Shown one piece after another: positions 1 to 12,900 of a stretch of DNA of 64,000 nucleotides. This DNA comes from Centroscyllium fabricii. Its lineage: Eukaryota. A program made the translations under genes and the position numbers. The stretch lies in NCBI GenBank assembly GCA_051313645.2, contig JBNRSN020000028.1, forward strand, positions 14,880,001 to 14,944,000. The letters are read 5' to 3'. Positions within the stretch are counted from its first letter, which is position 1; each line of letters opens with the position of its first letter. The notes beneath the pieces are model-generated. The model saw nothing but the letters and a program-made list of their open reading frames with translations. It did no database searches and was not told the DNA's origin.

Positions 1-3000
1 CACGGGGCTACTCCGTGCAACACTCTCCAGGCCAAGTCCCCAATATAACAGGGGAAGACTCCCGCGTAGAGAGCTCCCCATTGGGGACCTCCGCCTCCGC
101 CGGATGGCAAAATGGCACACCAAGGCGTGTCCGGACGGCAGGCGAAGATGGCAAAGTGGAAAGTGTGCAGGAGCAGCCCGTACAGGAAACGCCAACGTGC
201 GGTGTCAAAAGGCATGAAGGGCATCTCACCGAGATGGCTCAAGTTGTGAGGCGCTGGTTCCCGAGAGGGGTTTCGGGGCCGGACGCCGATGAGGAATTCC
301 GTCCGAACGGGGGTCAGCTCGGACGGGAGTACCCCACTTCTTTGAGCCGCCTCAATTCTCGTAGTGTAGTCAAGGCCCAACGCCACTTTCAGCGACTTGA
401 TGGCTTTGGTCGCGGGCCGGACGTTATCATGTCCCAGGCGCTGCGCCAGTTCCACAGGCGCCATCCAGCCCGCTCCTCCGCCATCAAGCAGGTCCCTGAC
501 TATAGTCACCCTGCCAGGCACAGCTCTATTCTCCGCCAGCCACCCGAACCCTCGGTCTTGGAGGTGCGTATTCCTGAGCAGCGGCTCTCGAAGGAGAGCC
601 GCCACTCCTGACGGGAGAGAGGTGCGCCTGGAGGTGACGCTGTTCCAAACCCAAAGCAGTTCCTGGTAAAAGACAGGCAGCTCCCGCAGGCTTGCACGTG
701 TACCGCTTATTTTCACAAACAGGAGCTGCGTGTCATAGTTGAGGCCGTGCAGCTGGCGGAAGAAATACGTCACCAGCGCACACCATCTAGGAGGATCCTC
801 GACGTACAGGTATCTCTGCAGCGTCTGAAGACGGAAAGTCGCCGCCTGAGTGCAGAGGCACACCAGCGCCTGACTGCCCACACTAAGCGGGAGATACAGA
901 ACCGCGGCGGAGACCCAGTGCTTCCTTTTGTCCCAGAAGAAGTCGATGAGCTTCTTCTGTAACCTGGCGACAAAATCAGGGGGAGGGATCAAAGTGACCA
1001 ACCGGTACCACAACATGGCGGCCACCAGTTGGTTTATGACTAGCGCTCGACCCCTGTAGGACAACACTCGGAGCAGCCCTGTCCAGCGCCCTAGCTGAGT
1101 GGTGACTTTGTCATCCAACGCTTGCCAGTTCACCGGCCAGGCTTCCTCGGCTGGGCTGAGGTGGACTCCCAAGTAGAGGAGGTGCGTGGTGCTCCAGGCG
1201 AAAGGCCTGAACTCCTCCGGCAGGGAGTCCACCCGCCACTGACCCACCAGGAGTCCGGAACATTTCTCCCAGTTGATCCTGGCGGAGGATGCGTCCGAGT
1301 AAATCTGCTGGCATTCTCGCATCCTCCGCAGGTCAGCGGGATCCGTGACCATGAGGAGCACATCATCGGCGTAAGCCGAAAGGACGACCTCCACACACGG
1401 TCCTTGCAGAGCCAGTCCCGTCAACCTCTTCCGCAAGAGGCGCAGGAAAGGCTCCATGCAAACGGCATATAACTGACCGGACATGGGGCATCCCTGATGT
1501 ACCCCCCTCCCAAAGCGAAGGGGTGCCGTCAAACACCCGTTAACTTTGATCAGACACTCCGCAGCAGCGTACAAAAGTCGGATCCGGGTGACGAAATGTG
1601 TCCCGAACCCGAATGCGTGCAGAGTCCCGAAAAGGTACTCGTGATCCACCCTGTCAAACGCCTTCTCCTGATCCAGGGAAAGGAAGGCGACCGACATACC
1701 AGCCCTCTGGGAATGGTGGAGCAGGTCCCAGACCAGATGGATGTTGTCGTGGATTGACCGGCCCGGGACCGTGTAGGACTGGTCGGGATGGATCATGTGG
1801 GCCAGCACGGTGCCAAGGCGGGCAGACATGGCCCTGGCAAAAATTTTGTAATCCGTGCTGAGGAGGGAGACCGGGCGCCAGTTTTTAAGTAGGCGGAGAT
1901 CGCCCTTCTTTGGCAGCAGGACAATGACGGCCCTGCGCCACGAGAGGGGCATCTCCCCGGTCGCTAGACTTTCCCCCAGGACCCGCTGGTAATCGCCCCC
2001 CAGGACGTCCCAGAACGCCCTGTGGAACTCCACGGTCAGCCCGTCCAGCCCCGGGGACTTTCCCCTCGAGAGCGTGCCGAGGGCGCCGGTCAGCTCCGCC
2101 AGAGTTAGCGGAGCGTCCAATTGTTCGGCGCCCTCCGGACTGACCTTCGGCATGTCCTCCCACAAAACTCTACGCGCATCCTCGCTGGACGGATCCGGAG
2201 AGAACAGAGCCCCATAAAAAGACCGGGTCTCCGCACTGATCCCCTCCGGATCCGAGACCAGAGATCCGTCGTCGGCCAGCAGCATCAAAATCTGCTTACG
2301 GACCCCTTGCCTTTTTTCCAGCGAGTAGAAGAAGGGGGAGCCGCGGTCCAGATCCCACAGGAACTGGATACGCCACCTCACGAACGCGCCTCGGGACCCG
2401 ACGAGCTGCAGGTCCTTCAGCGCGGCCTTCTTTTCTTCGTACACCGTCCGCAGGGCCGGGTCCCCGACGACCTGACCGAGGCGGGACTCTAGGTCGAGCA
2501 CTTCCTTCTCTAATCGCCTGACCTGAGCCTTCCGTCCCTTGGTCGACCCCCTCGCGTACTCCTGACAGAAGAGATGGACGTGAGCCTTGCCCACGTCCCA
2601 CCATAGCCTCAAGGAGGGGAAGCCCCCCTGCTTCCTTCTCCAGTCGGCCCAAAACCGACGGAACGAATCCCGGAATCGCGCGTCCTCCAGCAGCAGGTTG
2701 TTAAAATGCCAGTACGTGGACCCCCCCGCGCGCGCAACAGAGCGAGCTCTGTCCACACCAGGTGGTGGTCCGTGCACGGCACCGGCCGCATGGAAGCCGC
2801 CCGAACGCAGGAGACGTACGCCCGAGAAATGTAGAGGCGGTCGATTCGGGAGCCTCCTCCTCCAGGCCTCACGTGAGTGAAGGCGCTCGAGTCGGGATGG
2901 AGATTCCGCCAGACGTCCACCAAGTCGAAGGACCCGACCAGGTCCCTCAACTTCTCTGTCGCCGCCGGGCTGCGCAGGCAACCCGAATGGTCCCTCGCCT

Positions 3001-3445
3001 CGAGGGTACAATTAAAATCCCCCCCGAGGATGATGCACTCGCCGCCGTCGACAGAGCTCAGAAGAGCGGACACTTCTTCAAAGAAGCGCACTTGCTGCGC
3101 ACCGATCTGAGGGGCGTACACGTTCACAAGATGGAGCGGCACGCCCCCGTGACGAACAGTGACCTGGAGCAAGCGGCCCGGCACGTGCTCCTTGACCCTC
3201 AATATCTCCGGCTGAAAATGTGGGGCCAGCAAGATAGCCACCCCGCGGGACATGTTGGAGAGGTGACTCATGCTGACCCATCCTTGCCACTCCAGGAGCC
3301 ACGTGGCATCGTCTCCCGGAACGGTGTGGGTTTCTTGCAGGAAGCACACCGCATACTTCCCGTCCCGAAGGACCGAGAATTTGTTAAATCTACTGTATGC
3401 CTCCCTGCTGCCGTTGATGTTGAGGCTAGCTATGGTTATCTTCAT
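1..3445 (-). pseudogene. Tx1 ORF2 (AP endonuclease + reverse transcriptase), frameshifted in this assembly
   Basis: MKITIASLNING..FLQETH..NVYAP..GGDFN..SRIDR..TDH endonuclease motifs (ORF 2609-3445). YWHFNN resumes after a frameshift at the C7 run 2721-2727. HQGCPMSG at ~1480-1500 and YADD at 1362-1373. Confidence 0.9.
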
Positions 3446-3470
3446 ATCAGCAGTCTAATACTAATTTTTC

Positions 3471-5656
3471 CTATTGGGGAGAAGGAGCGCAATCCTTGGG
3501 TATACGCTCCTTCTTCCGCAGCCCATTGAGGAACTTCTTGAGCCGGCGCAGCTCGAGGTCATTATCGCCCCTGTCCGTGGCCAAGGTTTTAATGGCGACG
3601 CGGACGGATAAAATGAGCGGCGCCAGCTCCGACCACCTTTCGATGGCCTGACGGACCAGTTTTTGGTGACCCAGGCGCACAGCCACAAATTTCCAGAGCT
3701 CCGCCACGGGGATGAGGGGAGACTCGGCGGGGGGCTCGGGGCCGTCCACCATCTCATCGGTGACGAACTCCAGATCATCATCCGCACCCGGCTCCGAGTC
3801 CTCGTCCTCTTCCGGAAGGCCACCACCGGCGTCCGATCCATCAGCCACGCATAACGCGACTAACGGCTCGGCCGCACCGTCCGACCCTACCTCTGTCTCG
3901 ATCCCACCCCCAGGATCGGTGGAAGAGGAGTCTTCCCTGGGCTCCACCAGGGGTGCCGGGCCAGAGGGGGGCAGCAGTTCGGGGCTCCCCTCCTCCTCAA
4001 GCGCCGGAGAGCATGGAGAGACGGGGATGTATTCATATATTATCTTCTCCTGTGCGTCCAACGCCGATTTTGAGGGAGGGGTGAAGGAGCCGTCACCTTC
4101 CCCGCCACCAACCACTGACCCAGCTTGTAGGGTATCCTGGCTTAGACTCTCGACCATATCGAGCAGCTCCTGGACAATACCATTTTTGTTTTGGGCGAGG
4201 TCTATCCCTTCGACCTCGTCCACCCCTGTCTCCAGGACGCCCGACCCGTCGAGGTAAATTTGTTCCCCTTGAGGGTTTTGGTATTGCAGAGGTAGTTCCT
4301 CGTCCCCCCTCCTCGGGCAGGGCCATATCCCCATCCCCGGGAGACACGGGCGGGGCAATCTCATCCGCCCCACTCTCCCACAAGACTGGCGACCCCCGCC
4401 TGTCTTTTACAACTATAGTGATTTTGGGAGGGGGCGCAGAGCACGACGACTCCGCTCCCTCGGTGGGACCGTCCTCATGATCACGGACGCCCTGCTGACC
4501 CTGGGAGTCGAAGTCCTGCTTCCTTTTTATCCCGAAGGGCCACTGAGGGGGGGTGACCTCCATTTCAGGCCACCCCCTCCTCTCTTCCCCCCGGCTGAAT
4601 AGTTGTTTCGGGCCCCTTTTTTCCGAGCCCTGCCGCAGGTGTTAGGTTTTCTGCCATGGTAGTGGCGGCCGCAGGCACAGACTCGGGGCCCTCCTTGCTC
4701 CCATATTGATCCACCAGACCCTTGATGTAATCGGGAGTCATGGCTGGCAAGTCCTGCTGTTGGGCATCCCCTTCTAGGGGACCCTCCCTCCTTTGTTTTC
4801 TTTTGTTCCGCGCCTTCTTTCTGGCTGGACATGTTTCCTCCCCCCCGCTGGAGGCCGTGATGACATTGGCCTCCGACGACTCCCGCGCACCCGACTTCCA
4901 AGACGCGCGGCCTGACTCTGGGGGAGGAGCGGCGCCGGTGCCATTTTTGGCCGCACTATTATTGGCGGCCTTGGAGGCGGGGCAGTTCCTCCTGATATGC
5001 CCCACCTCCTTACATGCATGGCACCGCACACCGTCCGTCGTCCAGAAGACGCGGTAGGCGGTCACCTGGTACAGCATGGGGAACGCGCCATCAGTGTCCT
5101 CCTCCCGCGCCAGCTGCATAAATAGGTGACGCCGGAAGGAGAAGACATGGCGAAGGCTGGCCTCCCGGAACCCGAGCGGGATGGGCGTTATCCCCGACCT
5201 CACCTCCCCAAGTTTGCGTAGGTGGGGGAGGAGGAGCTCACCGGGAATATAGGGCGGGATGTTTGAGAGGACCACCCTCTGCCCGGCGGCCTCAAGAGGG
5301 TCCACCGACAGGAAGGTGCCGCCCACGGTGAGCCCTTGTTCGATGGCCAGGGCCGCCGCCCGCTCAGATTTCAGGAAGAACACAGCCTTCCCATACATTT
5401 TAGAGGCCGCGACGATGGCTGAGGGGCCGACCACCCCAGCCATGGCCTTGACACATGCCTCTATTGTCATTGATGGGTGAGCGTAGCTCCTCACCCCCAG
5501 TTTCCTTGTTAGTAGCCGGAAAGGTGACGGGGCATCAGGGGCAGCCGTGGTCCTGGCAGTGGATGCCACGGTTGCGTATGTTCCCGATGTCCCCGCCACC
5601 AGCGAAGATGTTGTCGCTATGCTACCAGGTGGGGGGGTTTTTGGAGCCATGCTCAC
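3471..5656 (-). pseudogene. Tx1 ORF1 (gag-like nucleic-acid-binding protein), split by frameshifts
   Basis: ORF 4565-5656 contains CHACKEVGHIRRNC (CCHC) and ASKMYGKAVFFL. The acidic C-terminal part continues in ORFs 4093-4563 and 3471-4373 and ends just before the ORF2 ATG. Confidence 0.8.
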
Positions 5657-6960
5657 CCCAAGTCACAGGCCTTAGAGTTTAAAATGGCCTCAGATTGGTT
5701 TATTTGATTTTCCTCTTGAGCAGAGGGGGGGGGGGGTGATTAGATAAAGACACACCCCTCCCCTTGATGACAGAAGGGGGCTTAGGGGCCTTCTCCCCTC
5801 TACTCAATTGGCAATAGAAAAAATGAAAGGAAAGTAAATAATTGAGGTGCCTCTAGGGAAAGAGGCAGAGAGAGAGAGAGAGAGAGAGAGGGGTGGTGGG
5901 AAGGAGGGAGACCACAAGGGTTGGGTCCCCACTCAGGATGGATGGGTGGGTGGGTGTTGACTAAAGCAGGGTGCACTCTGCGATGGAAAAAGAAACCCCG
6001 GATGATGGTCTTCTGGTGGGGGGAGAAGATGTCTTCACCTGGGATAGCTGGAGATGCCCAGGCTCAGTCCACACCAGGTCTTTAAATATGTTCGATTAAT
6101 CAAAGACTTCACCTAGGCAGCTCCAGCTGTCCCAGGCCAGGCAATAGAAGGGGTGTTTTTAGTGGTGTGCGTGGCCTAGTTTGAATAGAAACCACACACA
6201 CAGAAACACACACCCTTTGATGGTCCGGCCTTCTGCTCTTCTTTTCTCCCCCCTCCCACAAATAAACACAGTCTTTGAGAGAGTGCACCTAATGAAACAA
6301 CACCAACCTTAAGATGGTTATTCTCCCTCCTTCCGAGCAGTTGGTGATGATGATATCTTCCTCACCCCTCTCTCCCTCTCCCGAAATGGAGGCCAATCTG
6401 GAAGGCAATGATGGGAAGGCCTCAATGTAGTTGTTTTTGCCGGATTCTTGGCCTGCCTTTCCTCTCCTCCGTCCTCTCTCCCGAGGCACCTCTGCTTTAC
6501 AAAGTATTCGAAGGGATGAATCCCAGCACTGAGTTCAGCAGTAAATTTAACTCTTCTGTAACTGAGCTTCAGGTGGCAGAACGCAATGTCCAGAATGTAG
6601 GCAACCGTAGTTCTCCGAAGTCCGCTCCACAGCTAAGACTCACTCTACCCGAGTTTCAAGAAGAGAATACATCATCTACAAGGCAGGGGAACGCCCAAAC
6701 CCATTGCATCTCCAGGAGCTCAGACAGCAACCACTCCTTCGTAGTAATGAGTAGTAAGTAGAATGATCCGGCCACTGCCTGGTCTCAGCACCCAGCTTAT
6801 AAGCCGACTAGATAGATTAGTGCTAACCAATAAGAATGCAGGTATAGAGAACGAGGAACCCACAGGTATGTGCACAGGTAATTGAGGTATAATGAACCAA
6901 AACAGAGAACTAAACATAGAATTCCAAAATGGATTCCTTAAAGGGGAATGCCATCTGTGA

Positions 6961-9900
6961 CAGGAGTCCGTGGTGAGATGGGGATTGAGTGTGTTGTCAC
7001 TGTGACTTGTATTAGCAGGAGTCCGTGTTGAGGAGGGGATTGAGTGTGTTGCCAGTGGGTCTTGTATTAGCATGGACCGTGGTGAGGAGGGGATTGAGGG
7101 TGTTGTCAGTGTGTCTTGTATCAGCAGGTGTCCGTGGTGAGGAAGGGATTGAGTGTGTTGTCAGTGTGTCTTGTAGTAGCAGGAGTCCGTGTTGAGGAGG
7201 GGATTGAGCGCGTTGTCAGTGTGTCTTGTATTAGCAGGAGTCCGTGTTGAGGAGGGGATTGAGTGTGTTGCCAGTGTGTCTTGTATCAGCAGGAGTCCGT
7301 GGTGAGGTGGGGTTTGAGTGTGTTGTCAGTGTGTCTTGAATTAGCAGGAGTCCGTGGTGAGATTGGGATTGAGTGTGTTGCCAATGGGTCTTGTATTAGC
7401 AGGAGTCTGTGTTGAGGAGGGGATTGAGTGTGTTGCCAGTGGGTCTTGTATTAGCAGGGTCCGTGGTGAGGAGGGGATTCAGTGTGTTGTCAGTGTGTCT
7501 TGTATCAGCAGGAGTCCGTGGTGAGGAGGGGATTGAGCGTGTTGTCAGTGTGTCTTGTATTAGCAGGAGTCCGTGGTGAGGAGGGGATTGAGTGTGTTGT
7601 CAGTGAGTCTTGTATTAGCAGGAGTCCGTGGTAAGGAGGGGATTGAGTGTGCTCTCAGTGTGTCTTGTATTAGCAGGGGTCCGTGGTGAGGAGGGGATTG
7701 AGGGTGTTGTCAGTGTGTCTTGTATTAGCAGGAGTCCGTGGTGAGATGGGGATTGAGTGTTTTGTCAGTGTGTCTTGTATTAGCAGGGTCCGTGTTGAGG
7801 AGGGGATTGAGTGTGTTGTCAGTGTGTCTTGTATTAGCAGGAGTCCGTGTGGAGGAGGGGATTGTGGGTGTTGTCAGTGTGTTTTGTATTAGCAGGGGTC
7901 CCTGGTGAGGAGGGGATTGAGTGTGTTGCCAGTGTGTCTTGTATTAGCAGGGTCCGTGTTGAGGAGGCGATTGAGTGTGTTGTCAGTGTGTCTTGTATTA
8001 GCAGGGGTCCGTGGTGAGGAGGAGATTGAGTGTGTTGTCAGTGTGTCTTGAATTAGCGGGGTCCGTGGTGAGGAGGGGATTGAGTGTGTTGTCAGTGTGT
8101 CATGTATTTGCAGGGTCCGTGGTGAGGAGGGGATTGAGTGTGTTGTCAGTGTGTCTTTTATTAGCAGGGTCCGTGGTGAGGATGGGATTGAGTGTGTTGT
8201 CAGTGTGTCTTGAATTAGCAGGAGTCCGTGGTGAGGAGGGGATTGAGTGTGTTGTCAGTGTGTCTTGTATTAGCAGGAGTCCCTGGTGAGGAGGGGATTG
8301 AATGTGTTGTCAGTGTGTCTTGTATTAGCAGGAGTCCGTGGTGAGCAGGGGTTTGAGTGTGTTGTCAGTGTGTCTTGTATCAGCAGGGTCCGTGGTGAGG
8401 AGGGGATTGAGTGTGTTGTCAGTGTGTCTTGTATTAGCAGGGTCCGTGGTGAGGAGGCGATTGAGTGTGTTGTCAGTGTGTCTTGTATTAGCAGGGGTCC
8501 GTGGTGAGGAGGTGATTGAGTGTGTTGTCAGTGTGTCTTGTATTAGCAGGGTCCGTGGTGAGATGGGGATTGAGTGTGTTGTCAGTGTGTCTTCTATTAG
8601 CAGGAGTCCATGGTGAGGTGGGGATTGAGTGTGTTGCCAGTGGGTCTTGTATTAGCAGGGTCCGTGGTGAGGAGATGATTGAGTGTGTTGCCAGTGGGTC
8701 TTGTATTAGCAGGGGTCCGTGGTGAGGAGCGGATTGAGTGTGTTGTAAGTGTGTCTTGTATTAGCAGGAGTCCGTGGTGAGGAGGAGATTGAGTGTGTTG
8801 TCAGTATGTCTTGTATTAGCAGGAGTCCGTGGTTAGGAGGGGATTGAGTGTGTTGTCAGTGTGTCTTGTATTAGCAGGGGTCCGTGGTGAGGAGCGGATT
8901 GAGTGTGTTGTCAGTGTGTCTTGTATCAGCAGGGTCCGTGGTGAGGAGGAGATTGAGTGTGTTGTCAGTGTGTCTTGTATTAGCAGGAGTCCGTGGTGAG
9001 GAGGAGATTGAGTGTGTTGTCAGTGTGTCTTGTATTAGCAGGGGTCCGTGTTGAGGAGGGGATTGAGTTTGTTGTCAGTGTGTCTTGTATTAGCAGGAGT
9101 CCGTGTTGAGGAGGGCATTGAGTGTGTTGTCAGTGTGTCTTGTATTAGCAGGAGTCCGTGTTAAGGAGGGGATTGAGTGTGTTGCCAGTGGGTCTTTTAT
9201 TAGCAGGGTCCGTGGTGAGGAGGGGATTGAGTGTGTTGTCAGTGTGTCTTGTATCAGCAGGTGTCCGTGGTGAGGAAGGGATTGAGTGTGTTGTCAGTGT
9301 GTCTTGTAGTAGCAGGAGTCCGTGTTGAGGAGGGGATTGAGTGTGTTGCCAGTGTGTCTTGTATCAGCAGGAGTCCGTGGTGAGATGAGGATTGAGTGTG
9401 TTGTTGTGGGTCTTGTATTAGCAGGGTCTGTGGTGAGGAGGGGATTGAGTGTGTTGTCAGTGTGTCTTGTATCAGCAGGAGTCCGTGGTGAGGAGGGAAT
9501 TGAGTGTGTTGTCAGTGTGTCTTGTATTAGCAGGAGTCCGTGGTGAGATGAGGATTGAGTGTGTTGTTGTGGGTCTTGTATTAGCAGGGTCCGTGGTGAG
9601 GAGGGGATTGAGTGTGTTGTCAGTGTGTCTTCTATCAGCAGGAGTCCGTGGTGAGGAGGGAATTGAGCGTGTTGTCAGTGTGTCTTGTATTAGCAGGAGT
9701 CCGTGGTGAGGAGGGAATTGAGTGTGTTGCCAGTGGGTCTTGTATTAGCAGGGTCCGTGGTGAGGAGGGGATTGAGTGTGTTGTCAGTGTATCTTGTATT
9801 AGCAGGGATCCGTGGTGAGGAGCTGATTGAGTGTGTTGTCAGTGTGTCTTGTATTAGCAGGATCCGTGGTGAGGAGGGGATTGGGTGTGTTGTCAGTGTG

Positions 9901-12900
9901 TCTTGTATTAGCAGGGTCCGTGGTGAGGACGGGTTTGATTGTGTTGTCAGTTTGTCTTGTATTAGCAGGGTCCGTGGTGAGGAGGGTATTGAGTGTGTTG
10001 TCAGTGTGTCTTGTATTACCAGGGCCCGTGGTGAGTTGGGGATTGAGTGTGTTGTCAATGTGTCTTCTATTAGCAGGAGTCCATGGTGAGGAGGGGATTG
10101 AGTGTGTTGTCATTGGGTCTTGTATTAGCAGTGTCCGTGGTGAGGAGCGAATTGAGTGTGTTGTAAGTTTGTCTTGTACTAGCAGGAGTCCGTGGTGAGG
10201 AGGAGATTGAGTGTTTTGTCAGTGTGTCTTGTATTAGCAGGAGTCCGTGGCGAGGAGGGGATTAAGTGTGTTGTCAGTGTGTCTTGTATTAGCAGGAGTC
10301 CGTTGTTAGGAGGGGATTGAGTGTGTTGTCAGTGTGCCTTGTATTAGCAGGGGTCCGTGGTGAGGAGGGGATTGAGTGTGTTGTCAGTGTGTCTTGAATT
10401 AGCGGGGTCCGTGGTGAGGAGGGGATTGAGTGTGTTGTCAGTGTGTCGTGTATTTGCAGGGTCCGTGGTGAGGAGGGGATTGAGTGTGTTGTCAGTGTGT
10501 CTTTTATTAGCAGGGTCCGTGGTGAGGAAGGGATTGAGTGTGTTGTCAGTGTGTCTTGAATTAGCAGGAGTCCGTGGTGAGGAGGGGATTGAGTGTGTTG
10601 TCAGTGTGTCTTGTATTAGCAGGAGTCCTTGGTGAGGAGGGGATTGAGTGTGTTGTCAGTGTGTCTTGCATTAGCAGGGGTCCGTGGTGAGGAGGGGATT
10701 GAGTGTGTTGTCAGTGTGTCTTGTATTAGCAGTGGTCCGTGGTGAGGAGAGGATTGAGTGTGTTGTCAGTGTGTCTTGTATCAGCAGGGTCCGTGGTGAG
10801 GAGGGGATTGAGTGTGTTGTCAGTGTGTCTTGTATTAGCAGGGTCCGTGGTGAGGAGGCGATTGAGTGTGTTGTCAGTGTGTCTTGTATTAGCAGGGGTC
10901 CGTGGTGAGGAGGTGATTGAGTGTGTTGTCAGTGTGTCTTGTATTAGCAGGGTCCGTGGTGAGATGGGGATTGAGTGTGTTGTCAGTGTGTCTTGTATTA
11001 GCAGGGTCCGTGGTGAGGACGGGTTTGATTGTGTTGTCAGTGTGTCTTGTATTAGCAGGGTCCGTGGTGAGGAGGGTATTGAGTGTGTTGTCAGTGTGTC
11101 TTGTATTAGCAGTGTCCGTGGTGAGATGGGGATTGAGTGTGTTGTCAGTGTGTCTTCTATTAGCAGGAGTCCATGGTGAGGAGGAGATTGTGTGTGTTGC
11201 CAGTGGGTCTTGTATTAGCAGGGTCCGTGGTGAGGAGGGGACTGAGTGTGTTGTCAGTGTGTCTTGTATTAGCAGGAATCCGTGGTGAGGAGGAGATTGA
11301 GTGTGTTGTCAGTATGTCTTGTATTAGCAGGAGTTCGTGGTTAGGAGGGGATTGAGTGTGTGTCTTGTATTAGCAGGGGTCCGTGGTGAGGAGGGGATTG
11401 AGTGTGTTGTCAGTGTGTCTTGTATCAGCAGGGTCCGTGGTGAGGAGGAGATTGAGTGTGTTGTCAGTGTGTCTTGTAGTAGCAGGGGTCCGTGGTGAGG
11501 AGGAGATTGAGTGTGTTGTCAGTGTGTCTTGTAATAGCAGGGGTCCGTGTTGAGGAGGGGATTGAGTTTGTTGTCAGTGCGTCTTGTATTAGCAGGAGTG
11601 CGTGTTAAGGAGGGGATTGAGTGTGTTGCCAGTGGGTCTTGTATTAGCCGGGTCCCTGGTGAGGAGGGGATTGAGTGTGTTGTCAGTGTGTCTTGTATCA
11701 GCAGGAATCCGTGGTGAGGAGGGAATTGAGTGTGTTGTCAGTGTGTCTTGTATCAGCAGGAGTCCGTGGTGAGGAGGGAATTGAGCGTGTTGTCAGTGTG
11801 TCTTGTATTAGCAGGAGTCCGTGTTAAGGAGGGGATTGAGTGTGTTGCCAGTGGGTCTTCTATTAGCAGGGTCCGTGGTGAGGAGGGGACTGAGTGTGTT
11901 GTCAGTGTGTCTTGTATTAGCAGGAATCCGTGGTGAGGAGGTGATTGAGTGTGTTGTCAGTGTGTCTTGTATTAGCAGTGTCCGTGGTGAGGAGGGGATT
12001 GAGTGCGTTGTCAGTGTGTCTTGTATTAGCAGAGTCCGTGGTGAGTTGGGGATTGAGTGTGTTGTCAGTGTGTCTTCTATTAGCAGGAGTCCATGGTGAG
12101 GAGGGGATTGAGTGTGTTGTCATTGGGTCTTTTATTAGCAGGGTCCGTTGTGAGGAGCGAATTGAGTGTGTTGTAAGTGTGTCTTGTATTAGCAGGAGTC
12201 CGTGGTGAGGAGGAGATTGAGTGTGTTGTCAGTGTGTCTTGTATTAGCAGGAGTCCGTGGCGAAGAGGGGATTAAGTGTGTTGTCAGTGTGTCTTGTATT
12301 AGCAGGAGTCCGTGGTTAGGAGGGGATTGAGTGTGTTGTCAGTGTGTCTTGTATTAGCAGGGGTCCGTGGTGAGGAGGCGATTGAATGTGTTGTCAGTGT
12401 GTCTTGTATCAGCAGGGTCCGTGGTGAGGAGGGGATTGAGTGTGTTGTCAGTGTGTCTTGTATTAGCAGGAGTCCGTGCTGAGGAGGAGATTGAGTGTGT
12501 TGACAGTGTGTCTTGTATTAGCAGGGGTCCGTGTTGAGGAGGGGATTGAGTTTGTTGACAGTGTGTCTTGTATTAGCAGGAGTCCGTGTTGAGGAGGGGA
12601 TTGAGTGTGTTGTCAGTGTGTCTTGTATTAGAGGAGTCCGTGGTGAGATGGGGATTGAGTGTGTTGTCAGTGTGTCTTGTATTAGCAGGAGTCCGTGTTA
12701 AGGAGGGGATTGAGTGTGTTGCCAGTGGGTCTTGTATTAGCAGGGTCCGTGGTGAGGAGGGGATTGAGTGTGTTGTCAGTGTGTCTTGGATCAGCAGGTG
12801 TCCGTGGTGTGGAAGGGATTGAGTGTGTTGTCAGTGTGTCTTGTAGTAGCAGGAGTCCGTGGTGAGGAGGGGATTGAGCGTGTTGTCAGTGTGTCTTGTA

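Larger units (their letters stand above)
1..6960 (-). mobile_element. Tx1-clade (L1 group) non-LTR retrotransposon, 3' end outside window
   Basis: ORF1 with CCHC zinc knuckle, followed by ORF2 with AP-endonuclease and RT motifs, all on the minus strand. Long 5' non-coding region 5657-~6960; 5' boundary uncertain. Confidence 0.9.

Noticed and set aside
15-5480. Plus-strand ORFs over Tx1
   Set aside because: Antisense shadows of GC-rich retrotransposon ORFs.
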